A stretch of DNA of 59,262 nt, filler included, from 6 parts of 6 records of this genome joined end to end with filler, not necessarily neighbours in it, one strand, 5' to 3'; positions 42,421 through 52,408 are shown, counted from the first letter of the whole stretch. The notes: generated by a model from the sequence alone, not told the origin. A program made the numbers and translations.

Positions 42421-42864
42421 TTGGAAGCGTTAGCTGAATATGGATATTTAGGACTGTTTCTCTCTGCATTTGGGGCAGCTACGGTGTTGCCCTTGGCATC
42501 GGAGATTGTCTTTTCTCTTTTATGGGCCCAAGGATGGGATCACTTTGTCCTCTTGGGGGTGGCCACATCCGGAAACGTTGCCGGATCTATCGTCAACTAT
42601 GCCATCGGCATCGGAGGCGGGCATTGGATTATGACAAAGCTGTTACGGTTGTCGAAAAATAAAATTGAACGCGCCGAGAGAGGATTCAACAAATATGGTC
42701 AGTCCGTGTTGTTGATGGCGTGGGTTCCGGTGGTGGGCGATGCATTGACCGTGGTTGCCGGGATCTTGAAAGTGAAACTCATCCCATTTTTAATTCTGGT
42801 TTCCATTGGTAAGTTGATTCGATATGTTTTTGTCGGAGTGACCGTCTCTCAAATTTCTTCTTGA
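42421..42864 (+). CDS. YqaA/DedA-family (VTT domain) membrane protein
   Basis: LFLSAFGAATVLPLASE, GNVAGSIVNY, WVPVVGDAL, GKLIRY; start uncertain (TTG 42421 or ATG 42358). Confidence 0.88.
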   Translation: MEALAEYGYLGLFLSAFGAATVLPLASEIVFSLLWAQGWDHFVLLGVATSGNVAGSIVNYAIGIGGGHWIMTKLLRLSKNKIERAERGFNKYGQSVLLMAWVPVVGDALTVVAGILKVKLIPFLILVSIGKLIRYVFVGVTVSQISS

Positions 42865-42984
42865 ATGCCCCGTATTGCTTTACACCATATCCTGCAGAAC
42901 AAACTCTCGAAAAGAGGTTGACGGTTGAAGGCTTTCTGCGATTTTCCCACCTTTATTATCTGCGGCTTCCCCCATTTTCACCTT

Positions 42985-43010
42985 TAGTTGTGTCGGATAG
43001 TTGTGTCGGA
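42985..43010. repeat. Perfect 13-bp tandem duplication
   Basis: TAGTTGTGTCGGA x2. Confidence 0.9.
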
Positions 43011-43043
43011 AGGGCTGCCATGGCCGTTATCAAAAAAAGGCGA

Positions 43044-43090
43044 AAAAAATATAAACCCTGAGATGGGTGTGGCGTGATCAAATCTCAGGG
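43044..43090 (-). terminator. Probable terminator downstream of phoU
   Basis: CCCTGAGAT (43056-64) / ATCTCAGGG (43082-90) with T-rich tail on the minus strand. Confidence 0.55.
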
Positions 43091-43156
43091 GGCTTGTGTT
43101 CGTGCTGATAATACTATATGTGATATTACGCTCAATTGGAGAGTAATAAATCGATA

Positions 43157-43840
43157 TTACTCGTCAAGTGAACAGCCGTTTTCAATAAAAGTGCTGCCGG
43201 TTTTGATAAAATAGACATCTTCTGCAATGTTGGTAATATGATCACCGATTCTCTCGCAACATCTTGCCATGAAATTCAGGGTCGTACAATCCTGAATGCT
43301 TTCCGGATCATCTTCCATGATGAGACGTGTCCTTTTCAGTAGCTTGCCGTAATTGGCATCGATCTCGGTATCCATATCCCAGACCTGCCTTGCTTTCTCA
43401 ATATCTTGCTCTAATAACGCTTCCAATCCACCGGTAATCATGGTTGAAGCGATTCTAGCCATATTGATGATGAATTCCGTTAGGTTGTCCCTTTGAATAT
43501 GATGAAGCCTCTTGACATTTTTAGCAATATTTGCTGCATAATCACCAATACGTTCCAACTCCGCTGCAATTTTGAAAATGGAAAGCACAACCCTTAGATC
43601 GGTGACTTTGGGTTCTCTTTTAGAGATGAATGCCAAGACCTGATGCTCCACCTCTTTTTGCATCTCATTGATGATCTCATCGCGTTTGATGATATATTGT
43701 GCAAGATCGGTATCTACACTGGTGAGTGCGTCCACGGATTTTGTCAGTTGGAGCTTACACTCATTACCCATTTCCTGTAATTTTTCCATCAGGGTATCGA
43801 GTTCATTGTCAAACCCTTTGAAAAGATGGGGGTTTTTCAT
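43157..43840 (-). CDS. phoU: Phosphate signaling complex protein PhoU
   Basis: Two PhoU repeats: ELERIGDYAANIA and CERIGDHITNIAEDV; SD AAGGAG. Confidence 0.95.
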   Translation of the reverse strand: MKNPHLFKGFDNELDTLMEKLQEMGNECKLQLTKSVDALTSVDTDLAQYIIKRDEIINEMQKEVEHQVLAFISKREPKVTDLRVVLSIFKIAAELERIGDYAANIAKNVKRLHHIQRDNLTEFIINMARIASTMITGGLEALLEQDIEKARQVWDMDTEIDANYGKLLKRTRLIMEDDPESIQDCTTLNFMARCCERIGDHITNIAEDVYFIKTGSTFIENGCSLDE

Positions 43841-44051
43841 AAAAATCTCCTTAAAAGATTTTGTTTTCTTCGTAATTACGGGTTAAAAAGGCTGGATACT
43901 CAACGCTTCTCATTTTTTGGGTCACCGACGGTCTATTGAAATGAAAAACCATCTGAAGAGAGCAAGTGCTATAAAAAGTTGGAGCTGAATTTTCTCAAAT
44001 AACCTTTTTTAATGGAGATTGTCAAGAAATGAAGAAACGACTGTTTCCAAA

Positions 44052-44938
44052 TTATCCAAATCGACCAGTAATGTAATCTTCAGTAAGCTGATGCATGGGG
44101 CTCAAAAAGATCTGGTCTGTCGGCCCGATTTCGATGAGGTCCCCCAAGTGAAAAAACGCGGTTCGCTGGGATACCCTAGATGCCTGCTGCATGGAGTGAG
44201 TTACTATGGCAATGGTGTAGTTCTCTCGAAGCTCGTCGATCAGCTCTTCGATACGGGCCGTGGCAATGGGGTCCAACGCAGAACAAGGTTCGTCCATCAA
44301 AATAATTTCAGGGCCGACGGCAATGGTTCTGGCAATGCAAAGGCGCTGTTGCTGCCCACCGGAGAGACCTGTTCCGGGCTGATCCAGTCGATCCTTAACT
44401 TCGCCCCACAACCCGGCTCTGGTGAGGGAGGTCTCCACCACTTCATCGGTTTCATCTTTTGTCTGTACAAGTCCGTGAATTTTTGGACCGTAAGCCACAT
44501 TATCGTAAATAGATTTTGGAAAAGGGTTGGGTTTTGAAATACCATCCCCACCTGAGCTCTTAATGGGACCACATCGATATCTTTATCGTAAATATTTTTG
44601 CTGTCCAGCAATACCTCACCGGTTACACGGCATATATCAATGGTGTCGTTCATTCGGTTTAAACAGCGAAGAAAGGTGGATTTTCCGCATCCGGATGGGC
44701 CTATTAGGGCAATGACCTCATTTGTGGCAATATCCAAGGACACATCATGGATGGCATGTTTTTCCCCATAATAAACATTTACATTGTTACAGGACATTCT
44801 GGGATCGTCGACGACCGCCTGTCCCACGGTTTTTCGATTGTTTCGATCGATTAAGGTTTTCACTTCACAATGTTCACTTTGTGCATTTTCTTTATTTTCG
44901 AGCTTATTTTCTGCATTCATAGCGGGCGTCTCAATCAT
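44052..44938 (-). CDS. pstB: Phosphate ABC transporter ATPase, 1-bp frameshift near 44535
   Basis: [20 protein letters not shown](K)[15 protein letters not shown] restored by +1 [30 protein letters not shown]. Confidence 0.95.
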
Positions 44939-44952
44939 TGGGTGAGGAAGTT

Positions 44953-44992
44953 AAAATGGGATGCCCTTCTCCAATTGGTTCAGGGCATCCCA
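44953..44992 (-). terminator. Stem-loop after pstS (terminator or mRNA-stabilising hairpin)
   Basis: TGGGATGCCCT / AGGGCATCCCA 11-bp inverted repeat, TTTT tail on minus strand. Confidence 0.7.
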
Positions 44993-45024
44993 CATCAATT
45001 TAGATACGCAGTGTCAAATGGATA

Positions 45025-46083
45025 TTACAACTGATCGCATGAAACAGTGGTGAGGCCTTTGATGTTGGCGCTGAATTTCCCGCGTTCATCATCCGGCATG
45101 GGAATCATCCCTTTTTCGCTCAGGTATCCATCGTCCCCCCAGGCTTTGTCACTGGAAAACTCTTTCAGGTACGCTTTCATACCCGGAATAACATCAACAT
45201 GGGCTTTTTTCACGTAAAAGAACAGTGGACGTGAAACCGGGTAGGATCCATCTGCAATCCCCTCGAAAGTCGGCTGTACGCCGTCTACGAAAGAGCCTTG
45301 AATTTTATCGGTATTTTGATCCAGGAAGCTGAAACCGAAAATACCCAGTGCATCAGGGTTGGCATCCAGTTTCTGAACGATCAGGTTATCGTTCTCACCG
45401 GCTTCGATGTAAGCACCGTCTTCACGGATGCTGTGGCAAATGGCTTTGTATTTTTTCTTGTCTTTTTTCTTCATGGCTTTGATGAAGGGGAATTTCTTTC
45501 CGCCGCCTTCCATGGCAAGCTCTACAAAGGCGTCACGAGTACCGGATGTGGGCGGAGGACCAAGCACTTCGATTTTTACGTTGGGAAGTGAAGGATTGAC
45601 ATCTTTCCACGTTTTGTAGGGGTTGGCAACCAAAGACTCGGATCCATCCGGGTTGGGTACCTGTTTGGCAAGTGCCATAAAGATATCCTTACGGGTCAGC
45701 TTCAGAGGCGCCACTTTGTTGGAGTTCCCCAGAACGATTCCATCATAACCGATTTTTACTTCAACGATATCTTTCACACCGTTCTCAGCACACATGGCAC
45801 ACTCGGATTTTTTGATTCGTCTGGAAGCATTGGTGATGTCGGGATGCTGAACCCCGACGCCTGCACAGAACAGTTTCAATCCTCCGCCGGAACCGGTGGA
45901 CTCGATTTTGGGTGTTTTGAACTCGGTGGTTTTACCGAACTGTTCGGCAACAACAGTGGCAAAGGGGTAAACCGTGGATGAACCAACGATGCTGATGTAA
46001 TCTCTTGCGGAATCAGCCATAGCGCTTCCGCCAAAGGTGAGGCCGGTTGCAACGATTGCTGCGCAAAGCAGTCTGTTCTTCAT
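45025..46083 (-). CDS. pstS: Phosphate-binding protein, PstS family
   Basis: Signal peptide, IVGSSTVYPF, ESTGSGGG, NASR, GPPPTSGTRDAF, YPVSRPLFFY. Confidence 0.95.
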   Translation of the reverse strand: MKNRLLCAAIVATGLTFGGSAMADSARDYISIVGSSTVYPFATVVAEQFGKTTEFKTPKIESTGSGGGLKLFCAGVGVQHPDITNASRRIKKSECAMCAENGVKDIVEVKIGYDGIVLGNSNKVAPLKLTRKDIFMALAKQVPNPDGSESLVANPYKTWKDVNPSLPNVKIEVLGPPPTSGTRDAFVELAMEGGGKKFPFIKAMKKKDKKKYKAICHSIREDGAYIEAGENDNLIVQKLDANPDALGIFGFSFLDQNTDKIQGSFVDGVQPTFEGIADGSYPVSRPLFFYVKKAHVDVIPGMKAYLKEFSSDKAWGDDGYLSEKGMIPMPDDERGKFSANIKGLTTVSCDQL

Positions 46084-46096
46084 AAGAATAATCCTC

Positions 46097-46196
46097 NNNN
46101 NNNNNNNNNNNNNNNNNNNNNNNNNNNNNNNNNNNNNNNNTTAATTAATTAANNNNNNNNNNNNNNNNNNNNNNNNNNNNNNNNNNNNNNNNNNNN
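46097..46196. other. Artificial contig spacer
   Basis: N44-TTAATTAATTAA-N44. Confidence 0.99.
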
Positions 46197-46197
46197 T

Positions 46198-47184
46198 ATT
46201 GACTATAAAGAAGCACTTGAAAACAATATAACAATCGATAAAAAAGATGTTGTAGTTAATATAAGTGAAAACGAGAAGTCTGAAAATGGAAACGCTCTAG
46301 AAAATAGTGTAGAAAAAAATATTGGGGAAGCAAGTGATGAAAATTTTGATGGTGGAATTGAGATTTTAGAGGAATCACTTCTGACCTTTGAAAAAGAGTT
46401 TACATTACCTGAAGTTCAACCGAAAACTAATTCTGAAGAAAAAAAGGAAGAAGAGACAAGAATCACTTTTTACGTAGTTAAAAAGGGAGATTCATTATAT
46501 AAAATCTCTAAAAATATTGGTGTGGATATGAATATGCTTATTGCTAATAATCCATCAGTTAAAGGCGGAATCATTAGAATAGGGCAAAAGTTAAAGATAT
46601 TAAATAACAATTCAATAGAATATACAGTTAAAAAAGGAGATAACCTTATAAAAATCGCTAATAAATATAATGTTAAATTGGCAGATTTACTAAAAGATAA
46701 TGATTTAAATACAACTAATATTGTTGTTGGTGATAAATTGATAGTTAAAAATCCTGACTTGAAGTTTATTAATTTAGAAATTAAACCATCTAACTATATT
46801 GACTTTAAATGGCCAATTAAATGGGCTGGGGTAACAAGTTCATATGGTAAAAGATTTCATCCAGTTCTTAAGAGAAATATATTCCATAATGGAGTTGATT
46901 TAAGAGCTGCAGTAGGTGTACCTCTATATGCGGCAGCAGATGGAACAGTTAGAACTGCTGGCTGGCTTGGTGGTTATGGTAAAATTATAATAATTAAACA
47001 TGCAAAAGGTTATGAAACGAGATCAGCGCATCTTAGTAATATTTATGTTAAAGTTGGACAAAAAGTTAAAAAAGGCGAATTGATAGGAAAAACAGGTAAA
47101 ACTGGGAGAATTACAGGACCACATCTTCACTTTGAAATAAGAAAGAATGGTAAAACACTGAACCCGATTAAATTTAGAAAATAA
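46198..47184 (+). CDS. LysM + M23 metallopeptidase, 5' truncated by contig edge
   Basis: Frame open from 46198; two LysM (YVVKKGDSL, YTVKKGDNL); HNGVD and HLH zinc motifs. Confidence 0.92.
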   Translation: MDYKEALENNITIDKKDVVVNISENEKSENGNALENSVEKNIGEASDENFDGGIEILEESLLTFEKEFTLPEVQPKTNSEEKKEEETRITFYVVKKGDSLYKISKNIGVDMNMLIANNPSVKGGIIRIGQKLKILNNNSIEYTVKKGDNLIKIANKYNVKLADLLKDNDLNTTNIVVGDKLIVKNPDLKFINLEIKPSNYIDFKWPIKWAGVTSSYGKRFHPVLKRNIFHNGVDLRAAVGVPLYAAADGTVRTAGWLGGYGKIIIIKHAKGYETRSAHLSNIYVKVGQKVKKGELIGKTGKTGRITGPHLHFEIRKNGKTLNPIKFRK

Positions 47185-47228
47185 ATCATATAAAAACTAC
47201 CTTTTTCTAAGGTAGTTTTTTATATGAT
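47185..47228. terminator. Intrinsic terminator, possibly bidirectional
   Basis: AAAAACTACCTT-TTTCT-AAGGTAGTTTTT, extended by ATCATAT/ATATGAT. Confidence 0.8.
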
Positions 47229-47314
47229 AGGATAAGTATAAAAATTAATTTTTATAATGTAGTATAATTAAATAGAAGGTTGTTAGAAATTCAAATTTGC
47301 ATAGAGGAGAGAGT

Positions 47315-48367
47315 ATGAGTACAAAGACTAGAAGAGTAAAAGTTGGAAGCCTTTATATTGGAGGCTCTGAAGATGTCATTATTCAATCGATGACAAATAC
47401 TAATACAGCAGATGTAGATTCAACTGTTAAGCAGATTATTGAGTTAGAGGAAGCGGGATGTGAATTAGTAAGAGTAACTGTAAATAATGAAGAAGCTGCA
47501 AATGCAATTAGTGAGATAAAAAGGAGAATCAATATTCCTTTGGTGGCAGATATTCACTTTGATTATAGATTGGCAATAAAATCGATTGAGAGTGGAATTG
47601 ATAAACTTAGAATAAACCCTGGAAATATTGGCGATGATGATAAAGTGAAATTAGTAGTTGAAAAAGCGAGAGAACACGGAGTACCAATAAGAATAGGTGT
47701 AAATGGAGGTTCTTTAGAGAAAAACATACTGGCAAAACATGGAAAAGTTTGTGCAGAAGCTTTGGTGGAAAGTGCATTGTATCACATAAAACTATTGGAG
47801 AAATTTGATTTTCAAGATATTATTGTATCGCTTAAAGCAAGTGATGTAAAAATGATGCATAAAGCATATAAAACTATAAATAATATGATTGATTATCCAC
47901 TTCATTTAGGGGTGACAGAAGCTGGAACTAAATTTCAGGGAACGATAAAATCTGCCATAGGAATAGGTAGTTTGCTTGTTGAAAATATTGGAGATACGAT
48001 GAGAGTATCATTAACTGCTAACCCAGTTGAGGAGATAAAGGTAGCGAAGGAGATTCTTAAAGTACTTGGTATTAGAGAGTTTGGAGCTGAGATAATTTCA
48101 TGTCCAACATGTGGAAGAACAGAGATAAACCTAATTGAGCTAGCAGAAAAAGTAGAGGAAGAGTTTTCTAAACATGAGGTGAATATCAAAATAGCTGTTA
48201 TGGGTTGTATTGTTAATGGTCCGGGAGAAGCAAAGGAAGCTGACTATGGAGTAGCTGGTGGTAAAGGCGTAGGAGTTTTGTTTAAAAAAGGTAAAGTTGT
48301 AAAAAAAGTGAAAGAAGAAGATATACTCGCTGAAATGAAAAAAATGATAGAAGAAGATATAAAATGA
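47315..48367 (+). CDS. ispG: (E)-4-hydroxy-3-methylbut-2-enyl-diphosphate synthase
   Basis: [46 protein letters not shown]. Confidence 0.97.
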   Translation: MSTKTRRVKVGSLYIGGSEDVIIQSMTNTNTADVDSTVKQIIELEEAGCELVRVTVNNEEAANAISEIKRRINIPLVADIHFDYRLAIKSIESGIDKLRINPGNIGDDDKVKLVVEKAREHGVPIRIGVNGGSLEKNILAKHGKVCAEALVESALYHIKLLEKFDFQDIIVSLKASDVKMMHKAYKTINNMIDYPLHLGVTEAGTKFQGTIKSAIGIGSLLVENIGDTMRVSLTANPVEEIKVAKEILKVLGIREFGAEIISCPTCGRTEINLIELAEKVEEEFSKHEVNIKIAVMGCIVNGPGEAKEADYGVAGGKGVGVLFKKGKVVKKVKEEDILAEMKKMIEEDIK

Positions 48368-48693
48368 AGTTAAGCATCTTTAAAAATATTTTCTTGTTAT
48401 TTTTATTAATATTAATATTTTCAAGTTGCTCTTCATTGGGATATAGATTATCTGGATACAAGGAGCTTAGCTTTGAATGGGGGCCTGGAATAAACGAGGT
48501 TTATTTTAATAATAGAAGAATAGTAGAGAATGAAATTTACTTTGTAAATGATGCTCTCCATATAGTTGAATGGATAGAAGATGGTGTTGAGAAGAAGAGT
48601 AAAATATATTTTAACAAATCAGGAAGATACTACATAGGAGATGGCAAACTATATTTTTTTAGAAAAAATATTGAAGTTGTTGATGAAAATTAA
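48364..48693 (+). CDS. Hypothetical lipoprotein
   Basis: Signal ending FSSC; ATGA overlap with ispG stop. Confidence 0.75.
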   Translation: MKLSIFKNIFLLFLLILIFSSCSSLGYRLSGYKELSFEWGPGINEVYFNNRRIVENEIYFVNDALHIVEWIEDGVEKKSKIYFNKSGRYYIGDGKLYFFRKNIEVVDEN

Positions 48694-48760
48694 AGTAGTT
48701 ATATATAAAATATAACAAGGAAAAAGAATTTATTTTAGAATAAACATATTAGGAGGATTT

Positions 48761-49281
48761 ATGCGAAATTTATTAGCTTTGATTTTAGCTGTTTTTTTAG
48801 TGGCTTGTAGCAGTGTCTCTGAGAAATCAGAAAAAAACGAGAACGCTCTACAGGAAAAAAAGTTAAAAAAATACAGAAAGAGTATCAATTGGAGATTGCA
48901 TGGGAAGAATCAAAAGTATATGATGTGAAATTAAATAATAAAGAAGTGGAAAATGGTGAAGCATTTAAGCTAAAAAGTTCTGAAAAACATAAAATAAGCT
49001 GGGTGGCTCCAAGTATGTCTGTAGAGCTAGCTATAACATATGAAACAGAAGGAAAAAGAATTAGTTCACCTAATAAAGAAACTGAAATAACTGGGAAAAT
49101 TGGGATTAATATAAAAGAGATCGAGCTGGAAGAGGATAGCTACATCTATATCGAAGGAACAACTCTTAAGATATTACCACTTACAAATATATCACTACCT
49201 GAAGAGGAAGCTAAAAAAGAGTTTGATATTTTGAATGTTTCTGATGATAAAGAAGTAGAAGTTTTTGATAAAACTAAATAA
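48761..49281 (+). CDS. Hypothetical lipoprotein, 1-bp frameshift in an A7 run
   Basis: SD AGGAGG, MRNLLALILAVFLVAC lipobox; +1 A at 48855-48871 joins to the 48889-49281 ORF. Confidence 0.75.
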
Positions 49282-49361
49282 TGTCTTAAATAATTTCTAA
49301 TTATTATTCTGATAATAGAGAACTTACTTTAATTTATGAAAGAGATGAGGTGGAACTAGAT

Positions 49362-49828
49362 ATGTTTGATTATTATATAAAGAATGCAGTGATTATGGAT
49401 TTAAAAGGGCCTTTAACTCTTGATGAATTATTTGAACTTCAAGCGGAGAATTTAGAAGATTTATTGAAAATACCACAGAAAAAGTTAATAGAATTATTTA
49501 AAACTAGAGAAAAAGAGGTAACTACGGCATTAACAGAGTTTACGGCTATACCGCATATTGTACTTGATGATAGAACAGACTTTTTTCATTTAACAATAAT
49601 TAGATGTAAAGAGGGAATAATATTTAATGATGAAAAAAAGAAATTAGAGCAGTATTTTTGTTTATAAGTAGCAAAGATTTGAGTAAAACACATCTTCAAA
49701 CTCTTGCTTTAATAGCAAATTTGGTAAGAGAAGGCGATTTTAGAGAAAAATGGATTGAAGCAAAAAATACTGATTATATTCGGGATATGGTATTGCTTAG
49801 TAAACATGAAAAAAATAACTCTGTGTAG
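49362..49828 (+). CDS. Stand-alone PTS EIIA type-2 (fructose/Ntr-like) domain protein, 1-bp frameshift
   Basis: RE..TT.L...TAIPH phospho-His motif; +1 A at 49633-49639 continues EIRAVFLF...HLQTLALIA...stop at 49828. Confidence 0.8.
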
Positions 49829-49860
49829 AAGGATAAAATTAAAAAAACGGGATAAAAAAA

Positions 49861-49889
49861 TTGTAAATAGGTAAAAAATGTGATAAAAT
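49861..49889 (+). promoter_or_regulatory. sigma70-type promoter of the GH13-like gene
   Basis: TTGTAA-17bp-TAAAAT with extended TG. Confidence 0.6.
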
Positions 49890-49936
49890 TTTACATAGCA
49901 GACTTAAAATTACAAAAGAAATGAGGTGTATGAACA

Positions 49937-51211
49937 GTGAAAATATATAATTTATTTCCAATGGTTGCCGGAAAATTCGATGATTGGAAGGGAAAACTAC
50001 AAGAAATAAAATATATGGGGTTTAACTACGTATATATAAATCCTATTTTTCAAACTGGATACTCAAAAAATATATATGCACCAAAAAATTTCTATGATTT
50101 TAATGATAGAATTATAAACATATTTTCGGAGAAGGATTCAAAAGAACAGTTTGTTGATTTTGTTAGAGAAGCGCATGATAACGAAATGAAAGTTATACTT
50201 GAAATGATTATTACACATACATCAATTGACTCTGATTTACTTATAGAGCACCCTGAGTGGTACTCATATGATGAAACAGGTGATGTGAGAAAATATAGTA
50301 TACATAGCATGAATAATAGCCTTATTGAATGGGGTGATTTATTAGAGATAAACAACCATCATGATGATGATGAATGTAGGCGAGAGCTTTGGAACTATTG
50401 GCAGGAGATGTTACTACACTATGCTGATATGGGTGTAGATGTGATTAAACTTCATTCTGCATTTAATGTACCGCAAGATTTGCTTAGAATGTTAATAGAG
50501 AAAACTAAAGAGAGACATCCTCATATTGAGTTTATAGGTGATAACCTTGGAGCAAACTTTGGTGATATGATGGATTTAGCGCAGGCTGGTGTTGATTATC
50601 TTTTTAGTAGTTTAAAGTGGTGGAATTTTAGAGAAACGTGGTTTCTTGAACAGCATTACAAGCTGAAAAATTTAGTAAAAATAATATCTTTTCCTGAAAA
50701 CTACGATACAGAAAGAATTGCTGATAGGTATAATGGAAATGAGAATGCATCGAAAATTTGGTATGCTCTTTCGGCTTTTATGAATAAAGGTGTGATGGTA
50801 CCGATTGGTTTTGAAACAGGTAGTAAAACAAAACTAAATGAGTTAAGATCAATGGATATGGAATTTTATGATGGAAATTTAAATTTAAAAGATTATCTAA
50901 AAGTAATAAATGGGATAAAAGATAAGTATAAAATATTTTCTGAAGAAAATGACATTTACTGTTTAAATCAAACTAATCCAAATGTTTTTGCAATGAAAAA
51001 AATTAGTTTACAAAAAAATGAGAGAGCTTTGATCGTGGCAAATCTTAATTTTGAAGCAGAAGAAAAAGTTGTTTTAAATGATATATACTACATTCTTGAA
51101 AGTGGCGATGTAAAAGATATCTCGCCAGATAGTAGGGATGAGATTGAGTCAAAGTATTATGAACGAATTTTACAACCAGGTGAAGTAAGAATTTTATATA
51201 CTAAGAATTAA
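49937..51211 (+). CDS. GH13 alpha-amylase-fold protein with degenerate catalytic residues
   Basis: IYNLFP, GFNYVYINPI, WGDL, SSLKWW; regions I-IV read EMIITH, DVIKLHSAF, FIGDNLG, FPENYDT. Confidence 0.85.
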   Translation: MKIYNLFPMVAGKFDDWKGKLQEIKYMGFNYVYINPIFQTGYSKNIYAPKNFYDFNDRIINIFSEKDSKEQFVDFVREAHDNEMKVILEMIITHTSIDSDLLIEHPEWYSYDETGDVRKYSIHSMNNSLIEWGDLLEINNHHDDDECRRELWNYWQEMLLHYADMGVDVIKLHSAFNVPQDLLRMLIEKTKERHPHIEFIGDNLGANFGDMMDLAQAGVDYLFSSLKWWNFRETWFLEQHYKLKNLVKIISFPENYDTERIADRYNGNENASKIWYALSAFMNKGVMVPIGFETGSKTKLNELRSMDMEFYDGNLNLKDYLKVINGIKDKYKIFSEENDIYCLNQTNPNVFAMKKISLQKNERALIVANLNFEAEEKVVLNDIYYILESGDVKDISPDSRDEIESKYYERILQPGEVRILYTKN

Positions 51212-51278
51212 GTTTTTATTTTTTAAATCAAAGTCAGGTTACTGAACTCTGACTTTAAAAAAATATATGAGGTGAATG

Positions 51279-52296
51279 ATGTTAGCAAATATTGACAAGG
51301 AATTATTCGACATTATCAAAAAAGAGGAAGATAGACAGGAGTATGGTATTGAACTAATTGCCTCTGAAAACTTCGTCTCAAAAGCTGTAATGGAAGCAGC
51401 TGGAAGTGTTTTAACAAACAAGTATGCAGAAGGATATCCTGGCAAAAGATATTATGGTGGATGTCACTTTGTAGATCAAGCCGAAACTTTTGCAATTGAA
51501 AGAGCAAAAGAACTATTTGACGTTAACTATGTTAATGTTCAACCACATTCAGGGTCACAAGCAAATATGGCAGTATATTTATCTTTGGTAAATGTTGGGG
51601 ATACTGTTATGGGAATGGCTTTAGATCATGGAGGGCATTTAACTCATGGTTTAAAAGTTAACTTCTCAGGAAAACTTTATAACATCTGTAGTTACGGTGT
51701 CGATAAAGAAACAGAAGTATTAAACTATGATGAAATTAGAAAAATTGCACTGGAAAATAAACCTAAAATGATAATTGCAGGTGCAAGTGCATACTCTAGA
51801 ACTCTTGACTTTAAAAAGTTTAGAGAGATAGCTGATGAAGTTGGAGCATATCTTTTTGTAGATATGGCACATATTGCAGGTCTTGTAGCTGCTGGAGAGC
51901 ATCCAAATCCTTGTGAGTATGCTCATATAGTAACTACAACAACTCATAAGACTTTAAGAGGACCTAGAGGTGGAATGATTATGACTAACGATGAAGAGAT
52001 AGCTAAGAAAATCGATAAGTTAATCTTCCCTGGAACTCAAGGTGGTCCATTAATGCATGTAATAGCTGCAAAAGCGGTTTCTTTTAAAGAGGCATTAAGT
52101 GATGACTTCAAAGTTTATCAAAATCAAGTTGTGAAAAATGCGAAAGTTCTTGCTGAAGAGCTTGAAAATAGAGGTTTAAGAATTGTAAGTGGGGGAACTG
52201 ATAACCACTTAATGTTAGTTGACTTAACTCCAAAGGGAATAACAGGAAAAGCAGCTGAAAAAGCATTAGTTGAAGCTGAAATTACTTGTAATAAAA
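51279..52296 (+). CDS. glyA: Serine hydroxymethyltransferase, 3' truncated
   Basis: [42 protein letters not shown]. Confidence 0.97.
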
Positions 52297-52396
52297 NNNN
52301 NNNNNNNNNNNNNNNNNNNNNNNNNNNNNNNNNNNNNNNNTTAATTAATTAANNNNNNNNNNNNNNNNNNNNNNNNNNNNNNNNNNNNNNNNNNNN
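52297..52396. other. Artificial contig spacer
   Basis: N44-TTAATTAATTAA-N44. Confidence 0.99.
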
Positions 52397-52408
52397 GTCC
52401 TCCTATAG

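Noticed and set aside
42861-43061. 66-aa ORF after yqaA
   Set aside because: No SD or motif; spans a tandem repeat and the phoU terminator region
48855-49639. Programmed frameshifting or phase variation at A7 runs
   Set aside because: The same defect hits conserved genes such as pstB; no stimulatory structures seen; sequencing error is simpler
19717-51211. Functional link between the maltodextrin cluster and the GH13-like gene at 49937, or other cross-contig neighbourhoods
   Set aside because: Different contigs from apparently different organisms; adjacency is meaningless
8443-52396. Five copies of TTAATTAATTAA flanked by Ns, considered as a biological repeat
   Set aside because: Identical 100-bp artificial spacers; composition and gene style change across each one
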